Source: Calcarisporiella thermophila CBS 279.70 (lineage: Eukaryota > Fungi > Calcarisporiellomycota). From it: a stretch of 64,000 nucleotides of DNA. Position 1 is the first letter of the stretch; every line of letters begins with the position of its first letter. The DNA lies in NCBI RefSeq assembly GCF_041956535.1, contig NW_027192194.1:1147531-1211530 (forward strand). The letters run 5' to 3'. This document shows positions 1 through 12,920 of the stretch, piece by piece. The notes beneath the pieces are model-generated. The model was not told where the DNA came from, made no database searches, and saw nothing but the letters and a program-made list of their open reading frames with translations. The translations under genes and the position numbers were made by a program.

Positions 1-597
1 ACCACTCTATCTTTAATCATGTATTTTCATTCTAATCCCCACATTTATTAAGGATAATAGAATTATTACTTAATTGAACTTGTTACGTATATTTTATACA
101 GCTGAACATAATTTTCGTAATTTGTAATCGCGAACGTTCTTTCTGTACGCTCCTATACATTTCTGTGCGTTTTCATCAAGCACACAATTTTTAGGGTGCA
201 AATCTAAGGGTTGACCAGATTTATGTTTTATATTCTAAATATGTAAGCTGGCATTTCAATCAGTATAGTTTTGCTTTATTACTCAACAATGAACCTATAT
301 AGAACAGAGTTCTGTTTTCTACTGTTTTCAGATAGTGGTTGATACGTGTCAATTTTGCTCCAGAAACGATTCAATTTCTTTGGTTAAGAAGATCTTCAAA
401 TTTTATAAGCTGGTTTTTGAAAAATTCTATAGAATTGGTATTAAAAGTATAACCTTACAAAAGTAAAACAAGTGAAAACAAGAGTATCCATCCTCCCATA
501 AACAAAAAACAATCCGCGGGGAAATAAAAAGATTTTAAAGGATATTGCAAAGGGAAATGATATATAGCGAAGTATATGTCTAATTGCTCTTTTTTTT

Positions 598-2385
598 TTA
601 GAAAATGTAGGCGAGGATCTTTTGCCACATGGGCTCCGGAATGGCGTTCTCTTCCTCATCCTCTTTGGTAGGAATATACCGGTCCGTATCCAGATCGACC
701 TCCATGATGGGAACAAATTTGGTGCGCTTCACGATCTTATAGACGGCATAAATAACAATCATAAGGAAGGGACCAATGTAAGCGGCAATAAATCCGACTA
801 CATTGAAAGGTGCCTTGAAGTTCTCCCAGCCGGATCCAAAGATAATCACGAGACAAACGAAGATGGCAAATAAGGGACCAAAGGGGAAAAATGCCGCAAC
901 ATATGGAAGATCCTCAAGACGTCTGCCTTGGGCGAGGTATGCAAGACGGAAGCGGTAGTGCGAAGCTGCGATGCCGAGCCATGAAATAAACCCAGTGACT
1001 GAAGTGAGACTAACCAGCCATGTGAAAACATCCTGGCTACGGAATACGGCTGCAAGCATGCACAGGCAGCTAAGGAGCGTTGAGAAGAGGAGAGCGTTCA
1101 TGGGCACACCCCACTTAGTAACGCGACCGAAAATCGATGGAGCCTTGCCTTCGTCAGCCATTGCGTACAATGTGCGTGAAGCAGCATACAACGAACAGTT
1201 TCCGGCAGTGAGAACCGTAATCAACACAATGAAATTCATGATGTGTGCGGCGACAGCCCATCCTGCTCGCTGGAATACAATTGTGAATGGAGCGATAGTG
1301 ATATCGTTGTTGGCACCTGCCTGGAGTAGGTTGGGATCGTTACTTGGGATGATGAGACCAATGAGCAGGATCGATGCAATCATAAACACGAAGATACGGA
1401 CGAACACAGTCTTGATGGCCCGGGGCACATTCTTGCGGGGATTGCGTGACTCTCCGGCAGTAATTCCGACGATCTCAGTTCCTTGGAAACTGTATCCTGC
1501 AACAAGTAGAACGTTGAATGTACCCAAGGCGCCGTTATTGAATGGTCCAGGGTCTTTCCAGTAGCGGTCACCAATCGTCTCGCCCCCAATTGCACCAGCA
1601 TCAAGAAGGATACCAACAACAATGAAGACCATACACGTGACAACTTTGACGAGCGAAAGCCAATACTCAGCTTCTCCGTAGAAACGGACATTAGTTGAGT
1701 TGAGGACAAGGAGACAGCCTAGGAAAATTGCACACCAAACCACGCTATGGAGCGAAGTCGTCCAGAAAGCGATGACTAGAGAAGCAGCGGATAACTCTGA
1801 CGCAAGGGTAACTGACCACTATCATAGTAAAGTGGTGCGTAAATTAGTTATTCATTTCCAAACCCATAAGCTATCGATTCAGGAAACTTACAGAGAAAAA
1901 GTAATTCCAACCCATAGCAAATCCAAGCGCCGGGTCAATAAACCGACCGGCATAATGGTTGAAAGAACCACTAATTGGCATATATGTCGCCATTTCACCT
2001 ACACACATTAAAAAAGAATTAATAACCAATTAAAAATCAATCGAATAAGATGAAATTAACATATACCTAAACTGCCCATCATAAAGTATACCATCATTCC
2101 CATGAAGCCATATGCTATCAATGCTCCAGCCGGTCCGGCGACAGCTACTGAGTTTCCAGAGGCAAGAAACAGCCCTGTTCCGATGGTTCCGCCGATAGAA
2201 ATCATAGCAAGGTGACGGCCATTAAGATGACGCTTTACTTGATTGTTCTCCTCTCCTTGCTTCTGGTGAGTGGGGAGAGTGCCTTTTTCATCGTAGCCAA
2301 CGATGGTGGAGTTATTGGTGCTATCTGCAACAGTCTCCTCTCCGAGTGCGATATTAGTTTCTGCTGGCTTTTCCGATAATGTCAT
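598..2385 (-). CDS. Amino acid permease (APC superfamily, fungal YAT/lysine-permease-like); 3 exons (2385-2067, 1998-1892, 1818-598)
   Basis: Motifs RHLAMISIGGTIGTGLFL, GEMATYMPISGSF, GYSFQGTEIVGITAGE, YAASRTLY; about 12 hydrophobic segments; GT-AG introns join in frame. Confidence 0.95.
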
Positions 2386-3123
2386 TTCGGGGTAATTTTA
2401 TGAGTTGGAGCAAAGGGAAGGATTGTGGGATATCGTGGAAGGTAGGAAGAAAGAAAGTGGAAAATTATAGAGATTAAGATTCTATCCGGAATGGTAATGC
2501 GCAAGGTATAATGAGGTGCAATGACGGTGAACTAAATTACCCTCTCACAATTACGGTTCGAAAAAAAAAGAGGTGATTGTATAATGTCGAACCAAAAGTG
2601 ACTAAAACAAAGATAACGAGGAAGAGTAAAAACAAAAGCGTTTTTAACTATTTATTCAGCAAACAAACCGAAATAAGGGGGAGCCAAGTAAGTGAAAGAA
2701 GTGTCAACAAAGTAAGTAAACGCAAAATTTTTCTGTCCCACGCTAAATTAAAAAAAGGTTTTTCACTTCCGATCCGACTTCCGACAACCAATATTAGACT
2801 TTGTTTATAGTCCTGATCTGAAAAAATTTTCTCCAAATCTTGATGACTCTGGATGATAATCTTTTTATGCATGCTTTTGATCCATGCTCAGCAAATTAGA
2901 ACGTGGATGCAGCATCGGCTGTTGAACGCTTTTCAATTCTCCTACTGTTTCCGCCCGCTTTCAAACACCTCTCATGATGTCCTAGCCTCAAAGCATCCAA
3001 GCGAAAAATATTACCAGGATCGTTAACCAATCTTTATTAAGGCATGCTGAATCTCTCAGGAGAGAGTATGTACAATTGTCACGATTTCAAACAAACCACT
3101 ATTCTTCTCGTATCAGCTACTTC

Positions 3124-4215
3124 TTATGCACTCCGCGAGTTTCCCCGTGTCAATCCTCTTCCCCGCCCGCGTCCTCGTGCCCTTCCACTCCCACCTCTTC
3201 CAGTGAATCCGCCTCTCCCTGTTCTTTTAGCGTCCGATGAGGCCACAGGGAACTTTACTAATTTCAAGTCATTCCGGATGGTTTTTCGCATTTGATTTTT
3301 CATTTTTCTCTCTTTCTCTGCTCGTTCTGCATACCTCTCAAGAGCGTTTGATGGGGCAGGAATTAGCCCAGCTCGGACCTTTTTCCTAAACTCACGCTGC
3401 TTCTTTGATGGTCTCCGTCGTTTTAAGGATCTAGGCAATGTATCAATATGGGGTGGAATAGTAGGGATGACGGTAACACGTTTTGGGAAAAAATGCCGTT
3501 CCTGTGTTAATTTTGTATTAGACCCTCGATTACCAGATGTGTAATTGCTTATGTCAGTTAGTTGTTACCCAAGGAATAGTAGATTCCTTTATTACTTGAT
3601 CCGCAGTAATTGCGGCAGCCGTCAGATTTTGTATCCGCTCAGAGTCATCTAACATTTCGTACTCTATCTTTCTTTCAGACACATATCCTTGAGGAAAAGG
3701 GGAGACCTCAAGGGATATATGAGATACTTGATTTCCGGAAAATAGTCGAAATACTATATTCATGTTCGTTAAGAAGAAATAGCCTAAATAACATTATATG
3801 CCAGAACATTACCTTGCTCTTCCTCATGCTCTCCTTGTGTCTGTGTTGAATCTTCAACACCAAGCTTGCCTGAGAATTCTTTTGTTTCTGGGGTATCGAT
3901 TGAATCAAATAAAAAAAATCTCTAGAATTTTCCTTCATAGATTAGAAAGATTATATACTACCTCCACTAATAAAATTCTGCATCTTTGCCTCAAGGGCAC
4001 TAAGTAGCTCAACATTCACGTCATCCTCCTTTGCTTCAAAACTTTCCTCGTCTTCACCGAATAAAGAAAGACGGCTCACTACCTTAGTATCCGTCTCCAG
4101 GTTAGGATTCTTACTAAGAGGATGAAGTTAGATGCGTAAGATATTCAAAGCGCATTTTTATTTTTGTAAATAGGTGCAGCTGATAATCTAATTACTTTGT
4201 CTTGAGATGGTTCAT
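3124..4215 (-). CDS. Fungal hypothetical protein, DUF2011-like, with basic RGG-rich C-terminus; about 5 exons
   Basis: Hand-spliced MNHLKTNKNPNLETDTKVVSRLSLF...EQVFRLFSG...AAAITADQVIKESTIPW-ERHFFPKRV...KRRRPSKKQR...RGGFTGRGG. The FRLFS, AAIT..QV...S..PW and RRRP.KK.R pattern is what I recall for DUF2011. Confidence 0.65.
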
Positions 4216-4318
4216 GTGTGTTTGTATATGCAAAATGATCTCGAGTGAAAAATAGTTAAGATATGACTGCTTAATTTTGTTTGAAATAGATATCGAATTG
4301 AATAAAAGTCATGATTTC

Positions 4319-5923
4319 CAGCTGACCGCGAAAACATAGTTGCAAATCGATATATTTTTTAAAATCTCAATACTCAGTATCTCCTTTAAGGAAAACAGTA
4401 AAAATATATTGAGATGAAAACTACAGTTCTTACACTATTTCCAGAGGTATATGCCACCCTGGCTTAAAGAAAGAAAACTGGTTTACCGAGATAATGAATT
4501 TGAAAAATGTGCATATCTATATTTTGCTTTTTTTTGGATAATGTGGAAATTTTTGTAAATCGCTCTTTGTTCATTTATTTGATACTTTACTCTCCCTTTT
4601 CGTTTATTAAAACAACTTAACCACTACTTGTGTTTTCTAATCAAAAATTAAAATGAAGCTTCTTTAAACAAAATCCGCGCTAGCATTATTCGGCTCGCAA
4701 AGGTGGAAAATATCTTCTTATCAAGTCGCCCATACATTGGAAATTTATTTCACTATAGCATCTAATATTGTAAGAGAAGAAGTAAAGCGACGCTCTGATT
4801 CTAAAAGGCAATGGCTGCCCTCGTATTTTGAGTAAGAGAGAAGAGAGAAAGATAGTAACATCGATGACATCGAGTCAGCGCAAAAACTCAACCGATGTGA
4901 GAAAAATTTTTAAAGAGGAATACAACAGAGAATTTGACCGCTAATACCGTGAGGAGGGTAATCCAAAAAGAAGAATTACTAACTCGAGTGCGCCCTAAAC
5001 CTTCTCTCAGCTGCGCACCGTAGACGGCGCCTGGAGTCCGCGAGAAAGCATTTAAATTGGATAGTGGAATATTGGAAACGAGTGGTGTTTTCCGATGAGA
5101 CTAAATTAACGTTTACGAATACAACAGGAAAGCAATACTACTATGAGCACAAGGGAGAACCGCTTCGCAGTAGACATATCTAATTCACAATGAAACTTGT
5201 AGGAAATGGAGTGATGGCGTAGGGCTGTGTTACTGATCATTGCGTGGGAAATCTGCACCGTATCGATGAAGCGCTCAACGCTGCACTATGTTATACCATC
5301 CTTTCTGAAGACTACCTAGGTTCTTATAAGTATTATAGGATCAATAAGTTGAGGGTTATATTTCAGCACGACTATGATCCCGAGCATACCGCCAACGTTA
5401 CGAAAGAACGAAGAACAATGGAATGAGCGCGTTAGAATGGCTCTTGCAGTCTCCCAATTAGAAAAACATAGAGAATGTCTGGAGCGAGTTGAGGCGAAAG
5501 CTCAGTACTTATTCAAGAATGCCAAGGAAATAGGTACGAGCTATGGGAAAGAGCAGGGGAGTGGAAGTAGAGAGGGAATTTATCAACAAGCTTTATGCAA
5601 GCATGCCCTAAAGGTCCCTTGCTGTGGTTTCAACCAAGGGAGGGCATACAAAGTATTAGTTAATAAATAAATAAAATACAATTTTTTAATAATGAAGCCA
5701 TAATTCAATAAACAGCAATATATTGATATGCACACTTTTCAAATTCAGCACCCCAGTGAACCAGTATTTCTCCTTTAGTCTAGGGTGGCATATAGCTCTG
5801 AATATAGTGTAGGGGTTGCATTTTCATTTCAACCTATTTTCACTGTTCCCCTGAAAGTGATTACTGAAATATTGAGTTTTTCAACAAAGTATATCATTTT
5901 GTGACTGTTTTTGCCGTCGACTG
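4319..5923 (+). mobile_element. Degenerate Tc1/mariner DNA transposon with ~215-bp terminal inverted repeats
   Basis: 4319-~4535 is an imperfect reverse complement of ~5705-5923 (e.g. tacactatttccagaggtatatgccaccct vs agggtggcatatagctctgaatatagtgta); ends are CAG...CTG. Internal broken transposase: WKRVVFSDETK, VMA*GC, IFQHDYDPEHT, LEWLLQSPN*KNIENVW. Confidence 0.92.
4900..5660 (+). pseudogene. Tc1-type DDE transposase remnant (stops and frameshifts)
   Basis: Decayed equivalents of FSDE, FQQDNDPKH and WPPQSPDLNPIENVW spread over different frames; boundaries approximate. Confidence 0.88.
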
Positions 5924-5990
5924 AATATACGATAGAGTAGCTTCCTACTTCATCCTAATTGAAAATTGAAACATCAAAACATAGTATTTA

Positions 5991-7466
5991 TTAAGTTTTA
6001 TGTATTTTGCAATACGTTTGAGCTGCGTTGGTCTCTGCACACTTTTCCAACAATCTTATTTGTTCGGCTATCTCTTTCAACACACCGATTACAACTCTAT
6101 TTCCTCGTGTAAACGTATAGGCTGTGTAAGGTAACCCTAAATCCCTGCAAAACTCTTGGATTAAAGGTCGGCATTTCCTTAGATGATGCTTGGGGATTCT
6201 AGGAAAGAGGTGGTGCGTCACCTGGTCCTGTAATCCACCGTGAACCCAATCTAACCACCACGGGCAGTCAACATCCATCGTGCTTTTTACCATGCGGTAT
6301 GGGAACGCTTCCAACTCGGTGATCTCATCAGTCGACATTGCCATGTGATTCAGCGTAATTTGAACATGCAGAATAAGTGTGACCGTGTGTGAAATATATA
6401 GCCATACAATGCGGTGTAGCCAAGAAGGAAGATTGGATAAGAGAAAGGACATCCAACAAAGAAAATAGGCAATCCCAATAGTTTCGAGCCTCCGGAACCG
6501 TGCACCTTGCTCCGACACTAAGTAATGGATTGTGCGCGCATAGAGATAAAATCTCCCAAATGACAATACAATATAGTATAACCAGTGTTGCCTGACCACA
6601 AAGAATCGTGCCAATCCATTGAATTTCAATACACGATTGTAGTAACTACTTTGCAGGTTTTGCAAAAATCTCGTAGATATTGCGATGAAAGGGAGATGCT
6701 GTACATCCGGATCGTGTTCAGGCGAATTTGTGACGACGTGGTGCACATTATGACTTTTTTTCCACCAGCCAAAGCTGAGCCCACCGCAAAAGGATGCGAC
6801 AACGATACCAATCACATGGTCCGTAGTAGAATTGCCTGTGACGGCCGAATGCCCTGTATCATGGCCGATGAATGCCAATTGCTGCCAGAAGATGCCAAGG
6901 CAAATAGCGCTGAAAATGGTTCCAATCCAACTAACTCCTTGTGGGTGACCATACAAAATCAGTAGACACGATGTAAGGAAGAAACCAATAATACGTAAAA
7001 TGTCGCAAGTGTAGTTCCAGATGGAGTATTTGTACATTCCATATAATATCAGCTTCTTCTCTAAAGCCTGATATGCTTCAGATAAGTTTTTACGCAGTTT
7101 CTCTTTCTCCAAATCGTCTCTGCTTTTATCATCCAAAACGGATTTAGATATGTTGAGCAAATCATCCTGAAACTCTCCAACGCAAAATTTTTTAAAATAC
7201 TGTTCGGCAACATAGGGTGGGTGGAGGGCCACGATGGTATCGGTTGCGTCACGGCCGTTAAGATGGAGTATTGGAAGCTTGCCACCAGGATGCCGATCTA
7301 TCCATTTGTCGAGGCGGTATATGTAGTTATGAAAAATAATTAGAATTTCTCCTGTTCGAACACGCTCACGCAATTGTGACCGCGTAATAATGGGGTAGGA
7401 TTGTAGAGCCGACTTCCTTTTACTACTCTGCATAGTAATTGTAGGGGCACTTTGGAGCATTGACAT
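5991..7466 (-). CDS. Cytochrome b5-fused desaturase, most likely sphingolipid delta-8 desaturase; intronless
   Basis: b5 motif HPGG; His boxes HDTGH, WWKKSHNVHH (followed by TNSPEHDPD) and QVTHHLFP. Start taken at MSMLQS (7466); the upstream ORF extension looks non-coding. Confidence 0.88.
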   Translation of the reverse strand: MSMLQSAPTITMQSSKRKSALQSYPIITRSQLRERVRTGEILIIFHNYIYRLDKWIDRHPGGKLPILHLNGRDATDTIVALHPPYVAEQYFKKFCVGEFQDDLLNISKSVLDDKSRDDLEKEKLRKNLSEAYQALEKKLILYGMYKYSIWNYTCDILRIIGFFLTSCLLILYGHPQGVSWIGTIFSAICLGIFWQQLAFIGHDTGHSAVTGNSTTDHVIGIVVASFCGGLSFGWWKKSHNVHHVVTNSPEHDPDVQHLPFIAISTRFLQNLQSSYYNRVLKFNGLARFFVVRQHWLYYIVLSFGRFYLYARTIHYLVSEQGARFRRLETIGIAYFLCWMSFLLSNLPSWLHRIVWLYISHTVTLILHVQITLNHMAMSTDEITELEAFPYRMVKSTMDVDCPWWLDWVHGGLQDQVTHHLFPRIPKHHLRKCRPLIQEFCRDLGLPYTAYTFTRGNRVVIGVLKEIAEQIRLLEKCAETNAAQTYCKIHKT

Positions 7467-8088
7467 AAACTTCAGTTGTAAAGAGGCAAGATGTTTTGAA
7501 GTGTCCTGGAGATGAATCGGTCGCTTTGTTCTTAAGAGTGTCTTTTTAGGTATGTATATATATATGTTTTTCACTTTTTTGAAACCCAAAAGAGGCATCA
7601 TAAAGCATGTACCTGTGTTGCCGACATGGAAATCCAAATATGGAAGCTGCAAATTTAGATATAAAAACATGGATATCTTGACTACAAAAACTAAAAAAAA
7701 ATACAAAACTACCTTACATAACATGAAAAAACAGTCCCATTAATATGTCATCATCGTATGTCCCTCTTCTCTACCCAGTGCTATGTAAAATATCGTAGAC
7801 GCAAGAAACACAGAATAGCAGAGGTAAGGGTATACAGGAAAAAAGGTAAAACGTACAGAGGAGCAATAGAATGTACAGCAGCCTCGAATTAAATGAAAAA
7901 AAAAGAAGCAAATAAAAACTGTTTATAGATAAATAATAGAAAAATATAATGTTCCAAATTTCTCAGATGTGGTATTTCTAGAAGGGAAAAAAAAATAGAA
8001 GATAGACATAACCAGAACAATTGAGTGTGTATAGACATAAACTTAATTAGGGTTATTGGCCGTCGGATATCTAACTCATGTGCTAGCG

Positions 8089-9746
8089 TCATTCCCAAAC
8101 CACCCATGTTTTTCCGCATACCTGTTCGCTAGCTGGAGTCTGTTGAAGTTTACCGAACACGTCCGGCATCGAATAATCAGTCATGTATATTCGCATATTT
8201 TTGGCAATGTCTGCGAACCGCCATCTGTAGAGATACTCTCCACAAGGTCCAACCGACGCATACAGAGCGGAATGGTCTCGCAGAAGATACACTTCGTTAA
8301 TATGACCTGTACAAGCTGATATATTTTGTATCACACTTTGTCCATCTTTAATTGCTTCACTGATACCTGCTTGTTTGGATGATGATTGCAGTTGGATTTC
8401 CAGCGAGTGTAGCAACTTGCCATCCCTTAGACTGTAGATGAAGATGAGATTGGAATATTCTCCCCATGCGATCAGGAAATAGGGTGTCATGCGAAGTTTG
8501 ACGCGAGTACTAGTGAGATTGGCCGGGAGAAGAATATGGTGAACAGGCATTCCGCTTGCCAGCGCAAATACCACTATTTCAATTTGGGATTGGTTCTGCT
8601 CTTTCGCAGAGCAGGCAAAAGCTGCTAAAGTATCATTCATGGATAGGGCATACACCTCAGGTGCTGGCTGAGGCTTGTATGGCTGTGCAGAAGCCGCTTC
8701 CACTAACCATGCAGTCGCATCTCCTACGGACATGGTTCGAAGATCAAATACATATCGCAATCGATCATTATCCCAAGTGGTGTAGTCCCAAACTGCTAGT
8801 ACTGGAGGCCCACGTCTCGGGTCCATCACCGTTACCATCAAATGGTCGTTCATAGTAAGATCGGAGAGATGATGTATGTGATGGAACTGCGATTTGAGTA
8901 AACCAGTGAACACATCATAGAGTTGGAGTGTACGGGTGTGCGTTGCAACAGCGATAAGATTGCCGCGATTGGGAATAGCACGGGTAAGCACGGTCTCATC
9001 ACATATGATGGGGAATATATCCCCGCTGTGGGAACCAAGGAAATCGTCTGCCGTCTCGGTAAGGATCAAGCCAGGAAAGGTGCGGCCACCATGATGACGA
9101 ATGTAATCGTCAAAAGCGCCCCCCCAACCTTCACTTGTGCATACTACGGTATCACCCACAAGACAGACAGAGCAATCGGCAACGCTTTCTGATTAATACG
9201 GGCATATCCTTAGTCAATCAGATACAATCCTTGAATACGCTAATACTCACCTTTGTACTGGTATTTCGTATTCCCAAACAGAGCAGTGGGCAAACCTCTT
9301 TCCGCCCTTAGGTCATTTTGACCTTCCACAGGTATATAATTTGCCGTAACCCATCCCGCCTCGCACGGTTTATCCTCTAGCCATTTCGCCAAATTCGAGC
9401 TCAGCTTCTCCCAGTCACGGCGGTTGGTTCCAGCACTCATCCAACTCGCGGGGAACGCGAGCCACCAATCATCGCCTGTTGGTTCATCGGACGTCTCTGC
9501 CACATCTTGACAAGAATATGTACCTTTTCCACTCTGATGGTGAGAGGTCAACCATTGTGAAGGATAGTGCTTACGGGGGAAGAAAGCTAGTTGGCGCCGC
9601 AACACAGTAGCCCATATGTAGTTGTAACGCGTAGCCAGGACATCGTGCCACTGACGACAGACGAGGCTAGCTTCGTACAGGGTTGGAGGATCAAGCCAGC
9701 AGAAGAAAACAGTAAGAATTTCTGGCTCTTCAAAAATGCGGGCCAT
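8089..9746 (-). CDS. F-box protein with beta-rich (degenerate propeller-like) C-terminal region; exons 9746-9251 and 9188-8089
   Basis: N-terminal F-box pattern PEILTVFFCWLDPPTLYEASLVCRQW; GTGAGT..AG intron joins both ORFs in frame; WD-like strands (LQLYDVFTG, LAVWD, IFIYSLRDG). Confidence 0.75.
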
Positions 9747-10061
9747 CTTGTTAGGGTGGGTAAATTATAAACGAGCTAAGGCTAGAGGGAATCAAAATGG
9801 TCGCCCACTATTAATTAACGAGTATTAATTAACTTGGGAGAATTTGATAAAGGAAAAAAGGAACCGTTCCGTTTTTATTCTTCCCCCGCGTTTTGTTGCG
9901 CTTCCAGTCATATGACTTAGAGTTTTTTTTTTGCTTGGGGGGAGGCAAGATCCAGGATGAATACATTGCTGCGCTTCAAGCAGTCACAGCGACAATAAAT
10001 CAAATAGAAGGAGCAAAAAGTAATTCGAGGAAAATCGATAAAGGAAATACATATTCATGGC

Positions 10062-12078
10062 ATGGTCCTACCACTAACTCCTGGCGAATTTTCTACCATT
10101 TTACACCGCTGCTTTGCATCAAGTCGTGTCCGAAGCGCGTTTGGCCCCGCGCCTGCGTGGGGTGTAGCCCTGTCTGGGGGTGTAGACAGCATGGCCCTCT
10201 GCTACCTCTTGAGTCGGTATCTTCGTGCCAATTCCACACAGAAAGAGAACGAAAGGCAAAGGGAAAGAACAAATGCTCCATTATCCGGCATGGATTGGCT
10301 CAAACTCAATGAAAAGCATGGCCCACAAGAAATTCCTATCCCGTTGCCGAACCGCCTAATTGCTTTCACGGTTGACCACGGCTTGAGACCAGAAAGTCGG
10401 TGGGAAGCAATGAAAGTCTCAAAAACTATGCATAGATTAGGTACTGATCATTATATATCAATGGCTATTATGTCGTTTTACAATGACGCTAATCGGCATC
10501 ATGCTATTATAAAAACTTCAGGAATCGAGCATCGTATACTTAGGATTAAGTGGTCGGAACGTGAAGGTGGCCCCACACCCTGCTTCCCACGCACCACGCA
10601 ACTCGAGCAGGTAGCGCGTGAAGAGAGATATCGCCTTCTAGCTTCGGCTTGTAGTAATCACGGAATTCGTACGCTGTTTGTTGGACATCATGCTGACGAT
10701 CAACTAGAGACTTTTCTTATGCGGCTGGCTCGCGGGAGTGGTATAGACGGACTGGGTGGCATGCAACGAGTATCACCATTTCCGGTAGCTGTGAATGTGG
10801 AAGCATTAGGCCTCCATGTCATTCGGCCGCTGCTGGCGGTCCCAAAGGTATTGGTAGTATAATATGAACACAGCATGAATAAAAAGGGTTAAACTTTGTG
10901 CGCGGTATCGATAGGAGAGATTGCAAGCGACATGCCAGGCTTACCAAATTCCATGGGTCGAGGATCCATCGAATGGCTCGATAGATCATCAGCGAAATGT
11001 GATACGCATGACATTGGCTGATATCAACGATCGATATCAGAGAGGCGAAGAGAAGCTTGGGCCCCTCTCAAGTGACGGGCTACAGAGGGTCCTCGAGCAC
11101 ATGCGAGTCCACCGCAATATTTTACGGTCACAAAGTAGGCAAAATAGTTAGCGAATCACTCTGTTTTTATTTTATGGATTCATTTGCTGTATTATAGTCG
11201 AGACGATTGTCCATAAACACGTTGAATTCGACGAAATGCTTGGGGTTGCTTTCTTAAACATGCCGGAGGTATTGCCAGAGGATCACTGGCTCCACCGCCC
11301 GTATCAAGCTCGTCGTATCATTTCTTTCCTTACGAGACTTGTATCGTGCAGTGAGCAGACGCCTCGATTAGATGCCGTCGAGCTCGTCTATTCTGCCCTA
11401 CGAGAGTATCACTCGACCAAGGTGGCTAGACAAATTACAATCGGTCGAGCATTATTTTCATCACCTCGAAGCACTCGTGGTCTCCCCGGTAGATGGGTCA
11501 TATGTCGACAATCGCCTTCACGATATGAATTAAAAGATCAAGATGGCAAAGGAGAGAATGAGAAAAAGCTGAGTGGGGATTTGTTTGTTACGTTGAATAG
11601 CCGCTCCCACGTACTATGGGATGATCGATTCTTCTTGAAAATGGAACGGCCTCCTGGAACTCACCTCGAGCTTCCGCCCCCTCCGTGGAGAGCTAGGCCA
11701 CTGATGCCAGAGGACGTACCCAAAATTGAACACATGGTCGAGAACGATAGTGTTGCCTCGGCTGCATGGCAGAGATATTTCAACCTCGTGCCGGCCTCGG
11801 GGCGTTATGGATTGCCCATTGTGGTGGGGGACGACGAGAACGGCGAAGGAGAGAGACTGATTGCTCTGCCCACTCTAGGAATCCTATTTAGTGAACTAAG
11901 CCCCTCTCGGATATTGGAGACAACATCGTCCCAAATTCAGGAGAAGCCGCTACCTCTCGCACCCTACTTTTGTAGCGTGCGGTACAGGCGGAGAGTGCAA
12001 CTTTACACGAGTGGTGTCCGACTACGCAAGCCGGACTACAGACGACTGAGAAAGCTTGCAAATAAAAAAGAGATTTGA
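10062..12078 (+). CDS. tilS: tRNA(Ile)-lysidine synthetase (PP-loop ATPase), 4 exons, probably mitochondrial
   Basis: ALSGGVDSMAL, VDHGLRPES, EQVAREERY, GHHADDQLETFLMRLARGSG, IRPLL, WVEDPSN...RN; introns at about 10441-10521, 10848-10914, 11135-11197. Confidence 0.9.
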
Positions 12079-12228
12079 TCTTGTTCGACCTTGTACATAA
12101 ATAGATTTAATATATAGCATTTGAAATACCCGCAGGATTTTTTTTTTTAAATGTCCAAATTTGATAATTGGATTTATTATGAGGATGATCTAAATAGAAT
12201 TTTATTGTATCATTTTGTGAGAAAAAGT

Positions 12229-12815
12229 TTAGTTCTTCTCGTAGACGAGCTGGTTAAGGAGGGGCTTGTGAGAAACAACACCGTTGGGGAACCAGAGGGC
12301 AATCTCCTTCTCGGCGTTCTCAACGGCTATATGGATGAAAAACGCTGGTAAGTGTCTGGAAAATAAAACAAAATTTGGGTAGAGATAACAAACCATCGGA
12401 GCCGTGGACAATGTTGCGACCGACATCAATGCAGTATTCACCACGGATGGTACCGGGAGCAGACTCCAAGGGCTATGGTATAATAGCGGATTAATTAAGC
12501 ACAAAGAGCCGCCCATATGTATTAATATAGAATACTAACGTTGGTGGCACCGATGATGAGACGGCCTTGACGGACAACATCCTTGCCTTGCCAGACCATA
12601 GCGACGACCGGGCCGCTCAGCATGTACTCAATGAGGGAGGGGAAGAAAGGCTTGGAGCGCAGGTCAAAGTAGTGCTGCTCGAGGTGAGCGCGAGTGGGCT
12701 TGACCATCTGGAGAGCAACGAGTTGGTAGCCGCGCTTCTCGAAACGCTTGATAATGGCGCCAACAAGACCGCGTTCAACGCCGTCGGGCTTAACCATAAC
12801 AAAGGTGCGCTCCAT
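12229..12815 (-). CDS. NDK1: Nucleoside diphosphate kinase; exons 12815-12540, 12472-12394, 12326-12229
   Basis: [41 protein letters not shown] (catalytic His), EIALWF; strongly biased codon usage. Confidence 0.97.
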
Positions 12816-12920
12816 TTTTCTTAAGTTTAGTGCTTTTGTAGTGAAATTGAAAAAGCAAAAGAGTTGAGCTGAGAAAGCGTAAAAGAAAACAAACAAGGGG
12901 GTCGAATTTCAATATAAAGA

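Noticed and set aside
2810-3060. C/D-box-like words (TGATGA, CTGA) suggesting a snoRNA
   Set aside because: No terminal stem or recognisable rRNA-complementary guide; such words are frequent by chance.
3885-3925. Apparent frameshift at a T8 run in the DUF2011-like gene
   Set aside because: A later acceptor (ccccag|aaacaaa) restores the frame, so neither recoding nor an error is required.
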